This document shows positions 50,658 to 60,164 of a stretch of 64,000 nt of DNA, piece by piece (positions within the stretch are counted from its first letter, which is position 1; each line of letters starts with the position of its first letter). The DNA is from Candidatus Poribacteria bacterium (lineage in GTDB: Bacteria > Poribacteria > WGA-4E > WGA-3G). The notes under the pieces are model-generated. The model was given only the letters and a program-made list of their open reading frames with translations. It searched no databases and was not told where the DNA came from. Where the stretch lies: assembly GCA_965198235.1 (NCBI GenBank), contig OZ240248.1, forward strand, positions 768,001 to 832,000. Reading direction: 5' to 3'. The translations under genes were made by a program, and so were the position numbers.

Positions 50658-53618
50658 TTACAAAAGTAACTGTATTTGTGCCTCGCTTGAATCCTCATGG
50701 ATAAGTTCTGGTGCTTCCTTCTCCAAGGCACACTCATCCGCTTTTCCGCCGTGGATACTTGGCTCCGCGCAGAGTTTTTTGCGGAGCAGATCAAGCCCTT
50801 CATGCACCTCTGGGTGCGTATCTTCTCCTAAACCCAGTACCTTTGATAACAGTAACCGATCAAGTTTCCGCCTCACTGGGTCATTTACCATCTCATTGAA
50901 GGGGAGCATCTCCTGGTGTTTTAACTCGTGGAAAATCTGCTCTGCGGCCCCAAGCTGAGACAGACTCAACTGAGTGACATCCAATGTCGGCAGAGAACGC
51001 AAGGTCGTTTTTCGGAGTATACCGCGCCCCTGCTGCTGTTTGCCACACTGCATCCAATGGCAGAGCAACCCAAATGTTGAATTTCCCCATAATGCCCACG
51101 CGTATTCATAGATTTCGTTAGCAAAGGCAACGTTTGGGAGCGTATTTACACCGATCGATTTTTGATCGGTAAACATCACTAACACAGAACCAGCGTTAAA
51201 CTGTATGCTTTCGCTGTAATGTACTCGGCTATTAACGCCCATTATGTCTGCAATTTTGGCTTCCTTGTTTGGCCTAGGCAACGCGTGTGAATCGGGTGAA
51301 ACAAGCATCATCTGCTGCGTCCGAGAATCAACATGCCATAAACAGGGATAATCTACAGTGTCAGGACAACCCTCTTCAATATCAAAACCACCACGTCCAC
51401 TATCACCGTATATGTCTAAAGGACCAGGGCTGGTTTTGGCAATGTCGGACAACCGACAGATTGGAATAGGAATTGACTTTGTCTGTCTAGGCAGTTTCAG
51501 ATGCCCGTTGGCGAGTTGATATGCCGATTGTAGTAACCCCATATCTTTGACACGACACACCGCCCAGCCTTCTTCAAAGTCTGGGAGCGGTGCGTCCATT
51601 ACATAGCCTACGGGCTCTGCCCCTACCTTGATAGGATCGCCGCCGGTGATACCGCTTTCAAGTTGGCGGATGTCGTCAGATTTCCTGTAAATCTGGTTCG
51701 CTATTTCAAGTGCCTCCAGTACGCTCGCGGGGCAGCGGTGTAGGCAGACAAAAGTGCCTCGGCCTGTGGTTTTGGATTTTCCTTTGGTTGCAATAACAAG
51801 ACACTCCGCTATGCCCGTGTCCGCAGAAAAGGTGCTGTTTTCAATTTCGGCATCCGCGATCGTGACGACAATGACATCACGGTATTTCTTCGCCCAGAGG
51901 TTTCGCACCTTTCGCCAACTTGTGCCTGCAATGGCGTTTATGGGCAGGACTATTCCCATTCTGCCGTTGGACTTCAGCATTTTATTAGCGAGCTCAATAA
52001 AGTACGAAGCAATACCAGCATTCCCATCGGCGACGCTGTCTTTCTCCTTCTGTGCTTTAAGCGATTTTTTCATCGCCTTTTCGACTTTGGGATCCTTATC
52101 TCCAAAGGTTGTTTTTGGGACTTCAGAATTTTTATCTGTATTGCCCTTGGTATAGGGTGGGTTCTGTATCACGAAATCGAATTCTTTGTGCCTGAATTCT
52201 TGCTTTGCATCGGTTTCTTTATCTCCTTGTCCACCGACCCTACGGCTGGTTGTCATCGGTATCGGTAGAGTTTCTTCTGGGTTGCGAAGCAGATTTAGGG
52301 CACCAATGGCGCATTGTCCGTCGGGACGTTGTATACCATATTCCATCGTATGGATTCGTGTGTCCCCAATTTTGATACCTGGGTAGGTACTAGCGATAAT
52401 GGATGCGGTAAGATGGACAGCATTGGGCAGGATGTCGCAGCCGACGATATTGTTTTTCAGCATATATCGATGGATATCTTGCCCCTTTCCACCGATTTTT
52501 TCATGAAAACCAAGAATACGCTGGTAAATGTCGTTGAGGAGTGTGCCAGTCCCACAAGCGAAATCTGCTACCTTAATTTGCTGAGCATCGCGTTTTAATT
52601 CAGGTAACATGAGTGCAGAGAGAAGAGCTGACGATTCAGGACGTGTGTAGTGCGCCTTGATAAATCTCCGGTCTGTAATCAATTTCTGAAAGACTATTCC
52701 AGCGAGTTCATGCTCTCTCGCAAGTCCCATTTGCTCTAAGTTCCGTGCGGTGTTGCGGAGTGTATAAAGTACCTTTCCGACAAGTTGATCGTCAAGTGCG
52801 ATGGCATTGACCAAACCAATCGCTACATCATAAATAGAGCGATAGTTTATTGTCCGAATAGTATACCATGCGTCAAAAACCAAGTCAGAATCAAGTAAGC
52901 CGTCTTGACCTCGGAGTCCACTAAGCGAAGGCACTGCTTCCAGTTCAGGTTTGCCTGCAAGGGAACTTTGAAAGATAAAAGCATTTCCGATGATAAGCAT
53001 CGCCATCCGCGTTGTCTGTGGGCAGGACTCTTGGTAGAGGATTCTTTCTATTTGATTACCGATCTCCGGTCGTTCCGCTATAGCTGCATCAACGAGTTCG
53101 CCTGCATTATCCACACCTTGCTCCAGAATTACTGCTGCTTCATTAATTTTAGCGATGGGTATTGTTCTGACGCGGATAGCAGTCGCAATGTCCGCCACGC
53201 TACCGGTTAGCCACCCTTCCTCTGGAAAGCGATGGGATTCATCCGTACTGAGAATGCAATAAGCGATGTTATGCTCTTTTTCCATTTCCGCATCAAGATT
53301 TGCTTCCTCTATCTCCCTAAACTTGTACGGAAATCGAACAGCGATACCCATGTGAATCTTCTGCCCTGTTGTCTTAAGCGTCTTACCGAGATAGAGGTCT
53401 TTGAGTTGCCCTTCACCACTGAGATCTGGACTGCGATCGTTGTCAACCTTGTCCTCAATAGCAATCGGATCTCGCTTCGGCTCGGTGACAATGACATCAG
53501 GTTCTCTATTATTCTCAATAAAGGGTTTCGATGGACGTTGTCTAAGTGTCCATGTAGCACGCATAGGGCGGAGTATATTTACGAATGCAGATGTAATAAG
53601 GTCTTCTTTGTTTGGCAT
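50658..53618 (-). CDS. Type IIG-like fused restriction-modification enzyme (N6-adenine MTase)
   Basis: N-terminal PDVIV...IEDK nuclease motif, HYTRP, motif I DFACGTGTLL, motif IV NPPY and a C-terminal TRD-like region. Confidence 0.85.
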   Translation of the reverse strand: MPNKEDLITSAFVNILRPMRATWTLRQRPSKPFIENNREPDVIVTEPKRDPIAIEDKVDNDRSPDLSGEGQLKDLYLGKTLKTTGQKIHMGIAVRFPYKFREIEEANLDAEMEKEHNIAYCILSTDESHRFPEEGWLTGSVADIATAIRVRTIPIAKINEAAVILEQGVDNAGELVDAAIAERPEIGNQIERILYQESCPQTTRMAMLIIGNAFIFQSSLAGKPELEAVPSLSGLRGQDGLLDSDLVFDAWYTIRTINYRSIYDVAIGLVNAIALDDQLVGKVLYTLRNTARNLEQMGLAREHELAGIVFQKLITDRRFIKAHYTRPESSALLSALMLPELKRDAQQIKVADFACGTGTLLNDIYQRILGFHEKIGGKGQDIHRYMLKNNIVGCDILPNAVHLTASIIASTYPGIKIGDTRIHTMEYGIQRPDGQCAIGALNLLRNPEETLPIPMTTSRRVGGQGDKETDAKQEFRHKEFDFVIQNPPYTKGNTDKNSEVPKTTFGDKDPKVEKAMKKSLKAQKEKDSVADGNAGIASYFIELANKMLKSNGRMGIVLPINAIAGTSWRKVRNLWAKKYRDVIVVTIADAEIENSTFSADTGIAECLVIATKGKSKTTGRGTFVCLHRCPASVLEALEIANQIYRKSDDIRQLESGITGGDPIKVGAEPVGYVMDAPLPDFEEGWAVCRVKDMGLLQSAYQLANGHLKLPRQTKSIPIPICRLSDIAKTSPGPLDIYGDSGRGGFDIEEGCPDTVDYPCLWHVDSRTQQMMLVSPDSHALPRPNKEAKIADIMGVNSRVHYSESIQFNAGSVLVMFTDQKSIGVNTLPNVAFANEIYEYAWALWGNSTFGLLCHWMQCGKQQQGRGILRKTTLRSLPTLDVTQLSLSQLGAAEQIFHELKHQEMLPFNEMVNDPVRRKLDRLLLSKVLGLGEDTHPEVHEGLDLLRKKLCAEPSIHGGKADECALEKEAPELIHEDSSEAQIQLLL

Positions 53619-53659
53619 TCTGTTTTTTCGCTTCCCAACCGTAGGGGATTCTACTTTTG

Positions 53660-54571
53660 CTAATTTTGATTTTCAAGCACTTCCTGATAGGGACCTTGTA
53701 ATCCAAAGGCATTCACGGTCTTCAGCAGGTCCTGGGGGTTTCCCGTATCGTAACGCTGACCCGCGACGCGATAACCGTACATGCCTTCCCGTTTTATCAT
53801 CTCCGACATTGCATCCCGCAGTTGAATTTCTCCGTGCGTCACAATTTGGTGTCTGTAGTTGTAGTCCAGAATGTCAAAGAGGAGGGGGTTGAGGAGATCG
53901 ATGCCGAAGTTGCAGAGGTACTGTTGATTAGGGACTCCTTCAACGCGGAGGTGTGCCTGCGCGAACTCGACTGTCGGCTTTTCAGAAATTTGCGCTAATG
54001 TAAAGAGGCTTGGGGATTCAGCAGAAGGACTGCCGTGAACGATGCCGTTGAGCGAGAGCTCACTCTCATGGCAGAGGTCGAGACTCGTGACAGATTGCCC
54101 AACCTGTGTGTAGACTTCCACCAATTGTTTAGCGCAAGAGACACCTGACTCGGAAATATAGAGGTGATCCCCGAGCAGAATCATGACCGATTCACCAGCA
54201 GCGAAATCCCTTGCACAATAGATGGCGTGCCCTAATCCTTCCGGTTCTGCCTGAATAGCGAAATGCAATCGCTCGCCTATTTCTCCCAACCGATCCGCCT
54301 GCGCTGCTAATTCCGCTTTTTCGCGAATCGCATCCGCAACGCCACTGGAAAAATAGGTAGCAATCGGCTCAACCTGTTGAGGTTGGGCAACGAGACACAC
54401 CTCTTCCACACCTGCCGTTAAGGCTTCCTCAATAATCAACTGAATGATCGGTTTTGCGATACCATCCTGAGCGATGATTGGAAAAAGTGCTTTCGGCACG
54501 GCTTTCGTTGCAGGGAAAAGGCGTGTCCCGTATCCAGCAATGGGAATAATTGCCTTCTGAATGCGTTGCAT
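53660..54571 (-). CDS. galU: UTP-glucose-1-phosphate uridylyltransferase-like nucleotidyltransferase
   Basis: Motifs KAIIPIAGYGTRLFPATKAVPK, Q.EPEGLGHAI, LGD, SEKP and EIQLRDA. Confidence 0.8.
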   Translation of the reverse strand: MQRIQKAIIPIAGYGTRLFPATKAVPKALFPIIAQDGIAKPIIQLIIEEALTAGVEEVCLVAQPQQVEPIATYFSSGVADAIREKAELAAQADRLGEIGERLHFAIQAEPEGLGHAIYCARDFAAGESVMILLGDHLYISESGVSCAKQLVEVYTQVGQSVTSLDLCHESELSLNGIVHGSPSAESPSLFTLAQISEKPTVEFAQAHLRVEGVPNQQYLCNFGIDLLNPLLFDILDYNYRHQIVTHGEIQLRDAMSEMIKREGMYGYRVAGQRYDTGNPQDLLKTVNAFGLQGPYQEVLENQN

Positions 54572-54578
54572 ACGGCTT

Positions 54579-55349
54579 CTAATTTCTCAATGCCTTGAGG
54601 TACCCCCAAGTGGCTGAGAGCTTGCCAGCAGGTTCCACAGGCAATTGATCGCTTTTGGACTCAAAATTCTGCTGAACCTCTTTCTCGTCAAGAATCCGAT
54701 CGTAAATGCGGACGTTATCTATCATACCGGTGAGGAATCTGCCATCGTGTTCACTGCCAATCCGACGCTCCTTCATATTTTCAGGCGTAGCTCCAGCGTT
54801 TCCTTCGTCAACTAACTCACCGTCAACATAGAGTTTAAGCTCGTTGTCTTTGGTATTGCTGGTGTAAATGATGTGATACCATCTATCCGCTTCAGCATTC
54901 GAACGAATTTTGACCCCGTCGTTCTTATGGACCTGGATCTCGTTTGCTGAAAATTTGAAATGGACCTTACCTGCCGTCCACAGCCACGTCGAAACAAGCC
55001 CTTGAGTGGGATTGAACTGCCCCTCAAGTGCATAGCACTCAATAGACACAAATTCAAAGTCACCCATATCGGGGATTTCAACGTAGTTGTCGGGTTTCCC
55101 TTCAAATTCCATCGCTTCCCCCGTGCCATCTGTCGCCCCTTCGACAAATTTGAGTTTACCGACGAGTTCTGCATCATTTTTGCCAAGGGCATCTTTGACA
55201 ACCTTGCCATCCAGATCCGCTTCATTGAGCGTATATATAGCGACAAGCCCATCTGTCACAAAATCTTGCGCATCAGCGGCACTAACATACCACAGCGTGG
55301 TAAGGAGTACGCCGAGGATGCAAATCGCTCTTCTATCCTTCAGATTCAT
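54579..55349 (-). CDS. Secreted LamG-like jellyroll protein with a KLSATWGYLK tail
   Basis: Signal peptide. Motifs WYHIIYT, LKLYVDGEL and GMIDNVRIYDRIL. Confidence 0.9.
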   Translation of the reverse strand: MNLKDRRAICILGVLLTTLWYVSAADAQDFVTDGLVAIYTLNEADLDGKVVKDALGKNDAELVGKLKFVEGATDGTGEAMEFEGKPDNYVEIPDMGDFEFVSIECYALEGQFNPTQGLVSTWLWTAGKVHFKFSANEIQVHKNDGVKIRSNAEADRWYHIIYTSNTKDNELKLYVDGELVDEGNAGATPENMKERRIGSEHDGRFLTGMIDNVRIYDRILDEKEVQQNFESKSDQLPVEPAGKLSATWGYLKALRN

Positions 55350-55431
55350 TTGTCTTACTCCTTTCGGTTCCAGAAATTAGGTTTCGTAAAAACTTTCATA
55401 CATTCTATCTTATAGGTTTGGGTTTGTCAAG

Positions 55432-56457
55432 TCAATTTATCTGTGTGTCTGGCGGTATTGGCACCTTCAATTTACGTTCAAGAGTGAGATTGTCCTCATA
55501 AATGGTTTTGATTAACTCCTCAATATCAGGTTCCTGGACAGATATGTCTACAATCTTGAATTTCTGGAGAATTGCACCGACGAGATCTGCTGTGCTAATC
55601 TCCTCTGGAGAGAAGCGATACTGCACGCGAGCACCTTCCCGATAGATAATGTGCGCGTTGGGAATACTGATGTCTGGATAGACTTCGGCGTAATCAACAC
55701 TCAAAAGCCGCTCTGTTGAAAGCAACCGCCGAAGTGTGGTAAGTTCCCCATCAAAACGGAGACGCGCGTTGTCTATGAGAATGACGCGCTTGCATAATTT
55801 TTCAACATCGTTCAAATCGTGTGTTGTCAACACGACCGTTACCTCTCGTTCAGCGTTAATTTGCTGGATAAACTGGCGGATACGCGCCTTGGCGACGACA
55901 TCCAAACCGATCGTCGGTTCATCAAGAAACAGAACATCCGGATTGTGGAGCAGTGCAGCAGCGATGTCGGCACGCATCCGTTGACCGAGACTCAACTGAC
56001 GAACAGGGGTCTGGAAAAAATCGCCAAGACTGAGCAATTCGTTAAACATCTCGACGTTGTAGCGATATTGCGCCTCTGGAATCCGATAAATACGTTGTAA
56101 GAGTTCAAATGACTCTTGAACGGGTAAATCGAACCACAGATGTGATCTTTGTCCAAACACGACCCCAATGTGTTTGGCGTTCTCCTTCCGCTGACGATGT
56201 GGGATATATCCATTTACAGTTACGCTACCTGACGAAGGCACCAAAATACCAGTCAACATCTTGATAGTCGTTGACTTTCCGGCACCGTTCGGTCCTAAAT
56301 ATCCTACAATTTCGCCACGCTTTACCGTGAATGAAATCCTGTCCACCGCTTGGACAATGCGGTGTCTGCGAGAAAAGAGGTTCACAAAACTCCCGAAAAA
56401 TCCTTTTCGGTGATGATAAACCTTGAAAATTTTGCTAAGGTTGTCAACTTCGATCAT
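55432..56457 (-). CDS. ABC-2 type transporter ATP-binding protein
   Basis: Motifs GPNGAGKS, VFGQRSHLW.DLP, LSLGQRMR and LDEPTIGLD. Confidence 0.93.
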   Translation of the reverse strand: MIEVDNLSKIFKVYHHRKGFFGSFVNLFSRRHRIVQAVDRISFTVKRGEIVGYLGPNGAGKSTTIKMLTGILVPSSGSVTVNGYIPHRQRKENAKHIGVVFGQRSHLWFDLPVQESFELLQRIYRIPEAQYRYNVEMFNELLSLGDFFQTPVRQLSLGQRMRADIAAALLHNPDVLFLDEPTIGLDVVAKARIRQFIQQINAEREVTVVLTTHDLNDVEKLCKRVILIDNARLRFDGELTTLRRLLSTERLLSVDYAEVYPDISIPNAHIIYREGARVQYRFSPEEISTADLVGAILQKFKIVDISVQEPDIEELIKTIYEDNLTLERKLKVPIPPDTQIN

Positions 56458-56496
56458 GGATTCTCCTTATGCGCGCACCTTGGGACTACAGATAAA

Positions 56497-57297
56497 TCAG
56501 TGTCCTGTGCTTTGATAGCGTAAAACGCCCCATCTCCAAAATAGCATGGTGCTGCCAAGAAAGAGGAAACCCGCAAAAGGTGCTAATTGCACGCCAATCG
56601 GTGAGGCTCCTGACGAGCCAATTTTTCCGAGCAGAAAAAGGGACGGAAAATAGTTAACACACGCCAACGGAACAATAAAGGTGAAAAAATGCCGAAACCA
56701 CCATCGATAAATGGAAAACGGGTAACTTCCCATGAAAACGCCGCCGTTCGTGAAGATATTAATAATCTCAATGGATTGGATAGTCCAAAAGCAACTCGTC
56801 GCGCCGATTACGAAGAGACCTACAAAAAAACAGGTTCCGCTTACCAGCGAAATCAACAGATACCCCACCTTGGTAAGTGACCAAGCTACAATCAACTGCG
56901 AATTGGCAATAAGAAACACAACTAAGGCTTGCGCTATCCTCCCTATCCGACGAAGTAGAAATTCATGCGCAAATACTTGATAAAAAGTGCCGAGGGGTCG
57001 GATGAGGACCGTATCAAAGTCTCCGCGCACAATATTTCTCTGAAAAACATCAAAACCCCTCCCAATCATCTCAGCAACAGCAAAGCAGATGCCAATCATG
57101 CCGTAGAGGAACCCGACTTCCCATAGCCCCCATCCGGCTAACTCTTTGAAACGGTTAAAGAGAAGGGCAATCATGAAAAAGTCAATGACAGAGATGCTCG
57201 CTTGAGCAAACAGATCAAAGACAAACGAGAGCCGGTATTCCATCTGCGATCGGATGCGGAGTTTGACAAAATGGAAGTAGAGTGAAAGATGGTGCAT
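56497..57297 (-). CDS. ABC-2 family permease (ABC2_membrane_6/DUF990 type)
   Basis: Motifs YRLSF, GW...EV, GDFD..LIRP, YPFSIY and YQSTG. Confidence 0.88.
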   Translation of the reverse strand: MHHLSLYFHFVKLRIRSQMEYRLSFVFDLFAQASISVIDFFMIALLFNRFKELAGWGLWEVGFLYGMIGICFAVAEMIGRGFDVFQRNIVRGDFDTVLIRPLGTFYQVFAHEFLLRRIGRIAQALVVFLIANSQLIVAWSLTKVGYLLISLVSGTCFFVGLFVIGATSCFWTIQSIEIINIFTNGGVFMGSYPFSIYRWWFRHFFTFIVPLACVNYFPSLFLLGKIGSSGASPIGVQLAPFAGFLFLGSTMLFWRWGVLRYQSTGH

Positions 57298-57314
57298 TTT
57301 CTTGAAAATACCTA

Positions 57315-58130
57315 TTAGCCACCCTGTATGACAAGTCGGGAAAACCCACGGGTTAAAAGAAAACGTCCCAGCCCAAGAAAAAAGAGGCTCCACACCATCT
57401 GTTTGCCTATAGCGATCCAGGCCTCAACACCTGTAATCTTGCCCAAATAGATACTAAACGGAATGTCAATCAAACCTTCAAACGGCAGCCATCTGGCGAT
57501 GTATTCCAACCATTCGGGCCATAGCGCAATCGGAACTAACATTCCAGAAAATAGCATAATTACGGAACCAGACATTCCAGAAATTCCTGTTGTATCTAAA
57601 GTCCAGAACGCACTGCTAAAAATTGTTATTGTGATCGCAGTACTCATGAAAATAGCGAGCATCATTGAAACTGTAAACGCCATCAAGAGGGTGGGCTGCT
57701 GCGGAATTGCAACCTTGAAGAAGAAAATGCTGATAAGAAAGGTCGGAAATCCCCGCATGAGTAAGTAATAGCAGGCTCTACCGCACTCATCGGCAAACCA
57801 ATATGCTTGGAAGTCAACAGGTTTGGTTAATTGGAGTGCAACGCTGCCGTCTTTAATCGCGTTCGTAACTTCAGAGCGAGTTCCCCAAAACGGCATGAGC
57901 ATGAAAGAAACCTGACAAAGAACGAAATAGGTGATAATTTCATCCAGATTAAGGGGTTGAGGACCGGCACGCGCTGCGTAGAAAGCAGTATAGACAAAGA
58001 TATGCACCAGCAGAAAGAAGAAATTGGTCGTCAAACCTGCGATGTTTGCAACCCGATATTGCATCCGCCTCTGAAACGATTTCTTTGTAAATGCCAGATA
58101 GACCTGGAACGCCAAATAGAAGGATTCCAT
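57315..58130 (-). CDS. ABC-2 family permease (ABC2_membrane_6/DUF990 type)
   Basis: Motifs QYRVAN, IKDGSVALQLTKPV, SGMLVPIALWP and VIQGG. Confidence 0.88.
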   Translation of the reverse strand: MESFYLAFQVYLAFTKKSFQRRMQYRVANIAGLTTNFFFLLVHIFVYTAFYAARAGPQPLNLDEIITYFVLCQVSFMLMPFWGTRSEVTNAIKDGSVALQLTKPVDFQAYWFADECGRACYYLLMRGFPTFLISIFFFKVAIPQQPTLLMAFTVSMMLAIFMSTAITITIFSSAFWTLDTTGISGMSGSVIMLFSGMLVPIALWPEWLEYIARWLPFEGLIDIPFSIYLGKITGVEAWIAIGKQMVWSLFFLGLGRFLLTRGFSRLVIQGG

Positions 58131-58300
58131 TTTTTTAACTATTGAATATGGGCGTTGTTTCACTTCGTTCCACAACGGTGTTTGATGAATTTAGAAACCT
58201 TTGAGCACCCGGAGAAGGTTGGACTTTACCGAAAACCACTGCGGAATGAAATTATGTTTCCTTAAATGGCATAATTTTGCTTCGCAGTGAGAATGCTTTA
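58131..58300. repeat. Palindromic element family copy
   Basis: TTTTTTAACTATTGAATATGGGCGTTGTTTCACTTCGTTCCAC...TTAGAAACCTTTGA...ACCGAAAACC. Resembles 59989-60146. Confidence 0.7.
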
Positions 58301-58321
58301 CACTTGGAGCAGTGATCAGAT

Positions 58322-58525
58322 TTACATAGTTAGAAAACTTAAATCTGCGATAGGCACAGATCGTCCCTTTTCTGCGGATTCGTAGATACCGTCAAGCATC
58401 TGCATCAGCATGATACCCTGTTCTGCTGAGGAGATAGGCTCTTTGCCATAACCTTTGAGATGTTGCATCCCGGGCCAACCGAGCCCGACGACAGCCGTGC
58501 GAACTTTCGTTGTTCGATTTGACAC
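58322..58525 (-). pseudogene. Gfo/Idh/MocA oxidoreductase remnant with a large in-frame internal deletion
   Basis: The N-terminal VRTAVVGLGWPG..HLKGY is fused directly to the C-terminal P.SSAEQG..LMQMLDGIYESA..GRSV. Only 67 aa. Confidence 0.8.
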
Positions 58526-58751
58526 AGCACATGCTCCTTTACTTATTGGTTTCCATCAGCCTGCTTCGCAGCGAGAACCGTCGGAAACTGTCAGCAAGAG
58601 GTTTTGTGGCAGGTCAGAACGTTCGCAACTACCACATGCTCTACTGACTGTTGATGCTTTCCGATAGTCAACAGCCAATGGCAAGCCAAAATTTTCTATT
58701 CAAATTCTCATAAACTTTGATTTTGCGAGGGAGGTGCGAAATTATGCGATT

Positions 58752-59988
58752 TTAGTCATGGCGCAGTGCCTCTGTTGGGGTAAGACCTGCGGCTTTGTTC
58801 GCTGGATAGAGTCCAAAAAATATGCCGATTAATGCCGAGACGCTAAACGCGATCAAAGCGGCTTGGACAGAAACAACAGCGGGCCAACTCGCCTTCATGA
58901 GTTGTGAAATAACCAAACCGGAAACAGAGGCGAGACTGCTTCCGATGAAAATGCCAATGAGCCCACCGCAAATGCTCAAAACGATGGCTTCAATGAGGAA
59001 TTGGATCAGGATGTCGCGACGTTTTGCACCAAGGGCTTTGCGCAAGCCGATTTCACGGGTTCTCTCTGTTACGGAGACTAACATAATATTCATGATTCCA
59101 ATGCCGCCAACGAACAAGGCAACACTCGCAACGCCACCCTAAGAGTATTTGAACAATCCGGCTGACGTTACCTACCTGTTTTATAATCTCTTTAGCGGTG
59201 AAGAATTCAAAATATTTTTCATCTCCGTGTTGCTGTCGCATCGCAATTTTGATTTCAGCGACGGCTTGTTCGACCTTTTCATAACTCTCAGCTTGTGCCC
59301 ACAAGAAGATCCAGCCTTTCCGCTGTCCGATAAAACGAATTTCCATTGTGGTAAGGGGGACAATCACCCGATTATCCCAACCCTCGCTCGCCATACTATT
59401 GCCCTTCTCCTCCATGACTCCAATGACCGTAAATCGCTCCGTGCCAACTCTGAGTTCAAGTCCAATCGGATCCGCCATCTCAAACAGGTCTTTCCGGACT
59501 TCAGAACCGATGACACAGACGGGTTCTCTCCGTTCCATGTCGCTCTGCGTAATAAATCTGCCGGCTTGAATGTACCAGTTATTAACCTCTTCATAGAAAG
59601 GTGTAACACCTTCGATTTCAAGCGACTGATTAACATGCTTGTGCGATACAGTGAAATTCATCTTTGACAGTGCTGTAGCTGCTTTAAGAGAGGGACAATT
59701 CTCAAGGAGAAAGTCCAGATCTTCGTATTCAATATACTCTGGATGCTTATTTTCGACATACGAGCCATCCTCTCTACGAAACGCCTCTTTCCGAAAGCAG
59801 ACGATCAGTCCTGCGCCGCCGATCCGTTCCAACTCAGCGAGCATAAGATGTTCTGCACCGCCGCCAACAGAAACGACAGCCACAACCGCTGCGATACCGA
59901 TGATAATTCCGAGGGTTGTGAGCACAGAACGTAACTTGTTACGTTGTAGTGCTGTCAAGCCGACAGTAACCCCTTGTGTAATCTGCAT
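58752..59988 (-). CDS. MacB/FtsX-type ABC permease, one frameshift near 59138
   Basis: Motifs NKLRSVLTTLGIIIGIAAV, VGGIGIMNIMLVSVTERTREIGLRKALGA and GLYPANKAA. An extra base in CCC at 59137-59139 splits the gene. Confidence 0.88.
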
Positions 59989-60146
59989 TTTTTATTTTTT
60001 AAACTATTAACTCTGGGCGTTGCTCCATTACATTCCGTAACGGTTTCTGGTAAAGTTAGAAACCTTTGAATCCTTGGGATGTGTTGGTATTAACCGAAAA
60101 CCGCCATGAAATGGAATGGCACCCAGATTCCCATAGTTAGAAAATT
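59989..60146. repeat. Complete palindromic element
   Basis: TTTTTTAAACTATTAACTCTGGGCG..CTCCATTACATTCCG...AACCGAAAACCGCCATGAAATGGAATGGCACCCAGA..ATAGTTAGAAAA. Confidence 0.75.
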
Positions 60147-60164
60147 TCGATGGCCAATACGCCA

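Noticed and set aside
50155-50958. 267-aa plus-strand ORF and other long antisense ORFs (e.g. 18618..19238, 40980..41645, 24360..25016)
   Set aside because: They lie antisense to well-supported genes, have no motifs, and are typical shadow ORFs.
59130-59145. Programmed frameshift in the MacB-type permease
   Set aside because: There is no slippery heptamer or recognisable stimulatory structure. A single extra base in a short homopolymer is better explained as a sequencing error.
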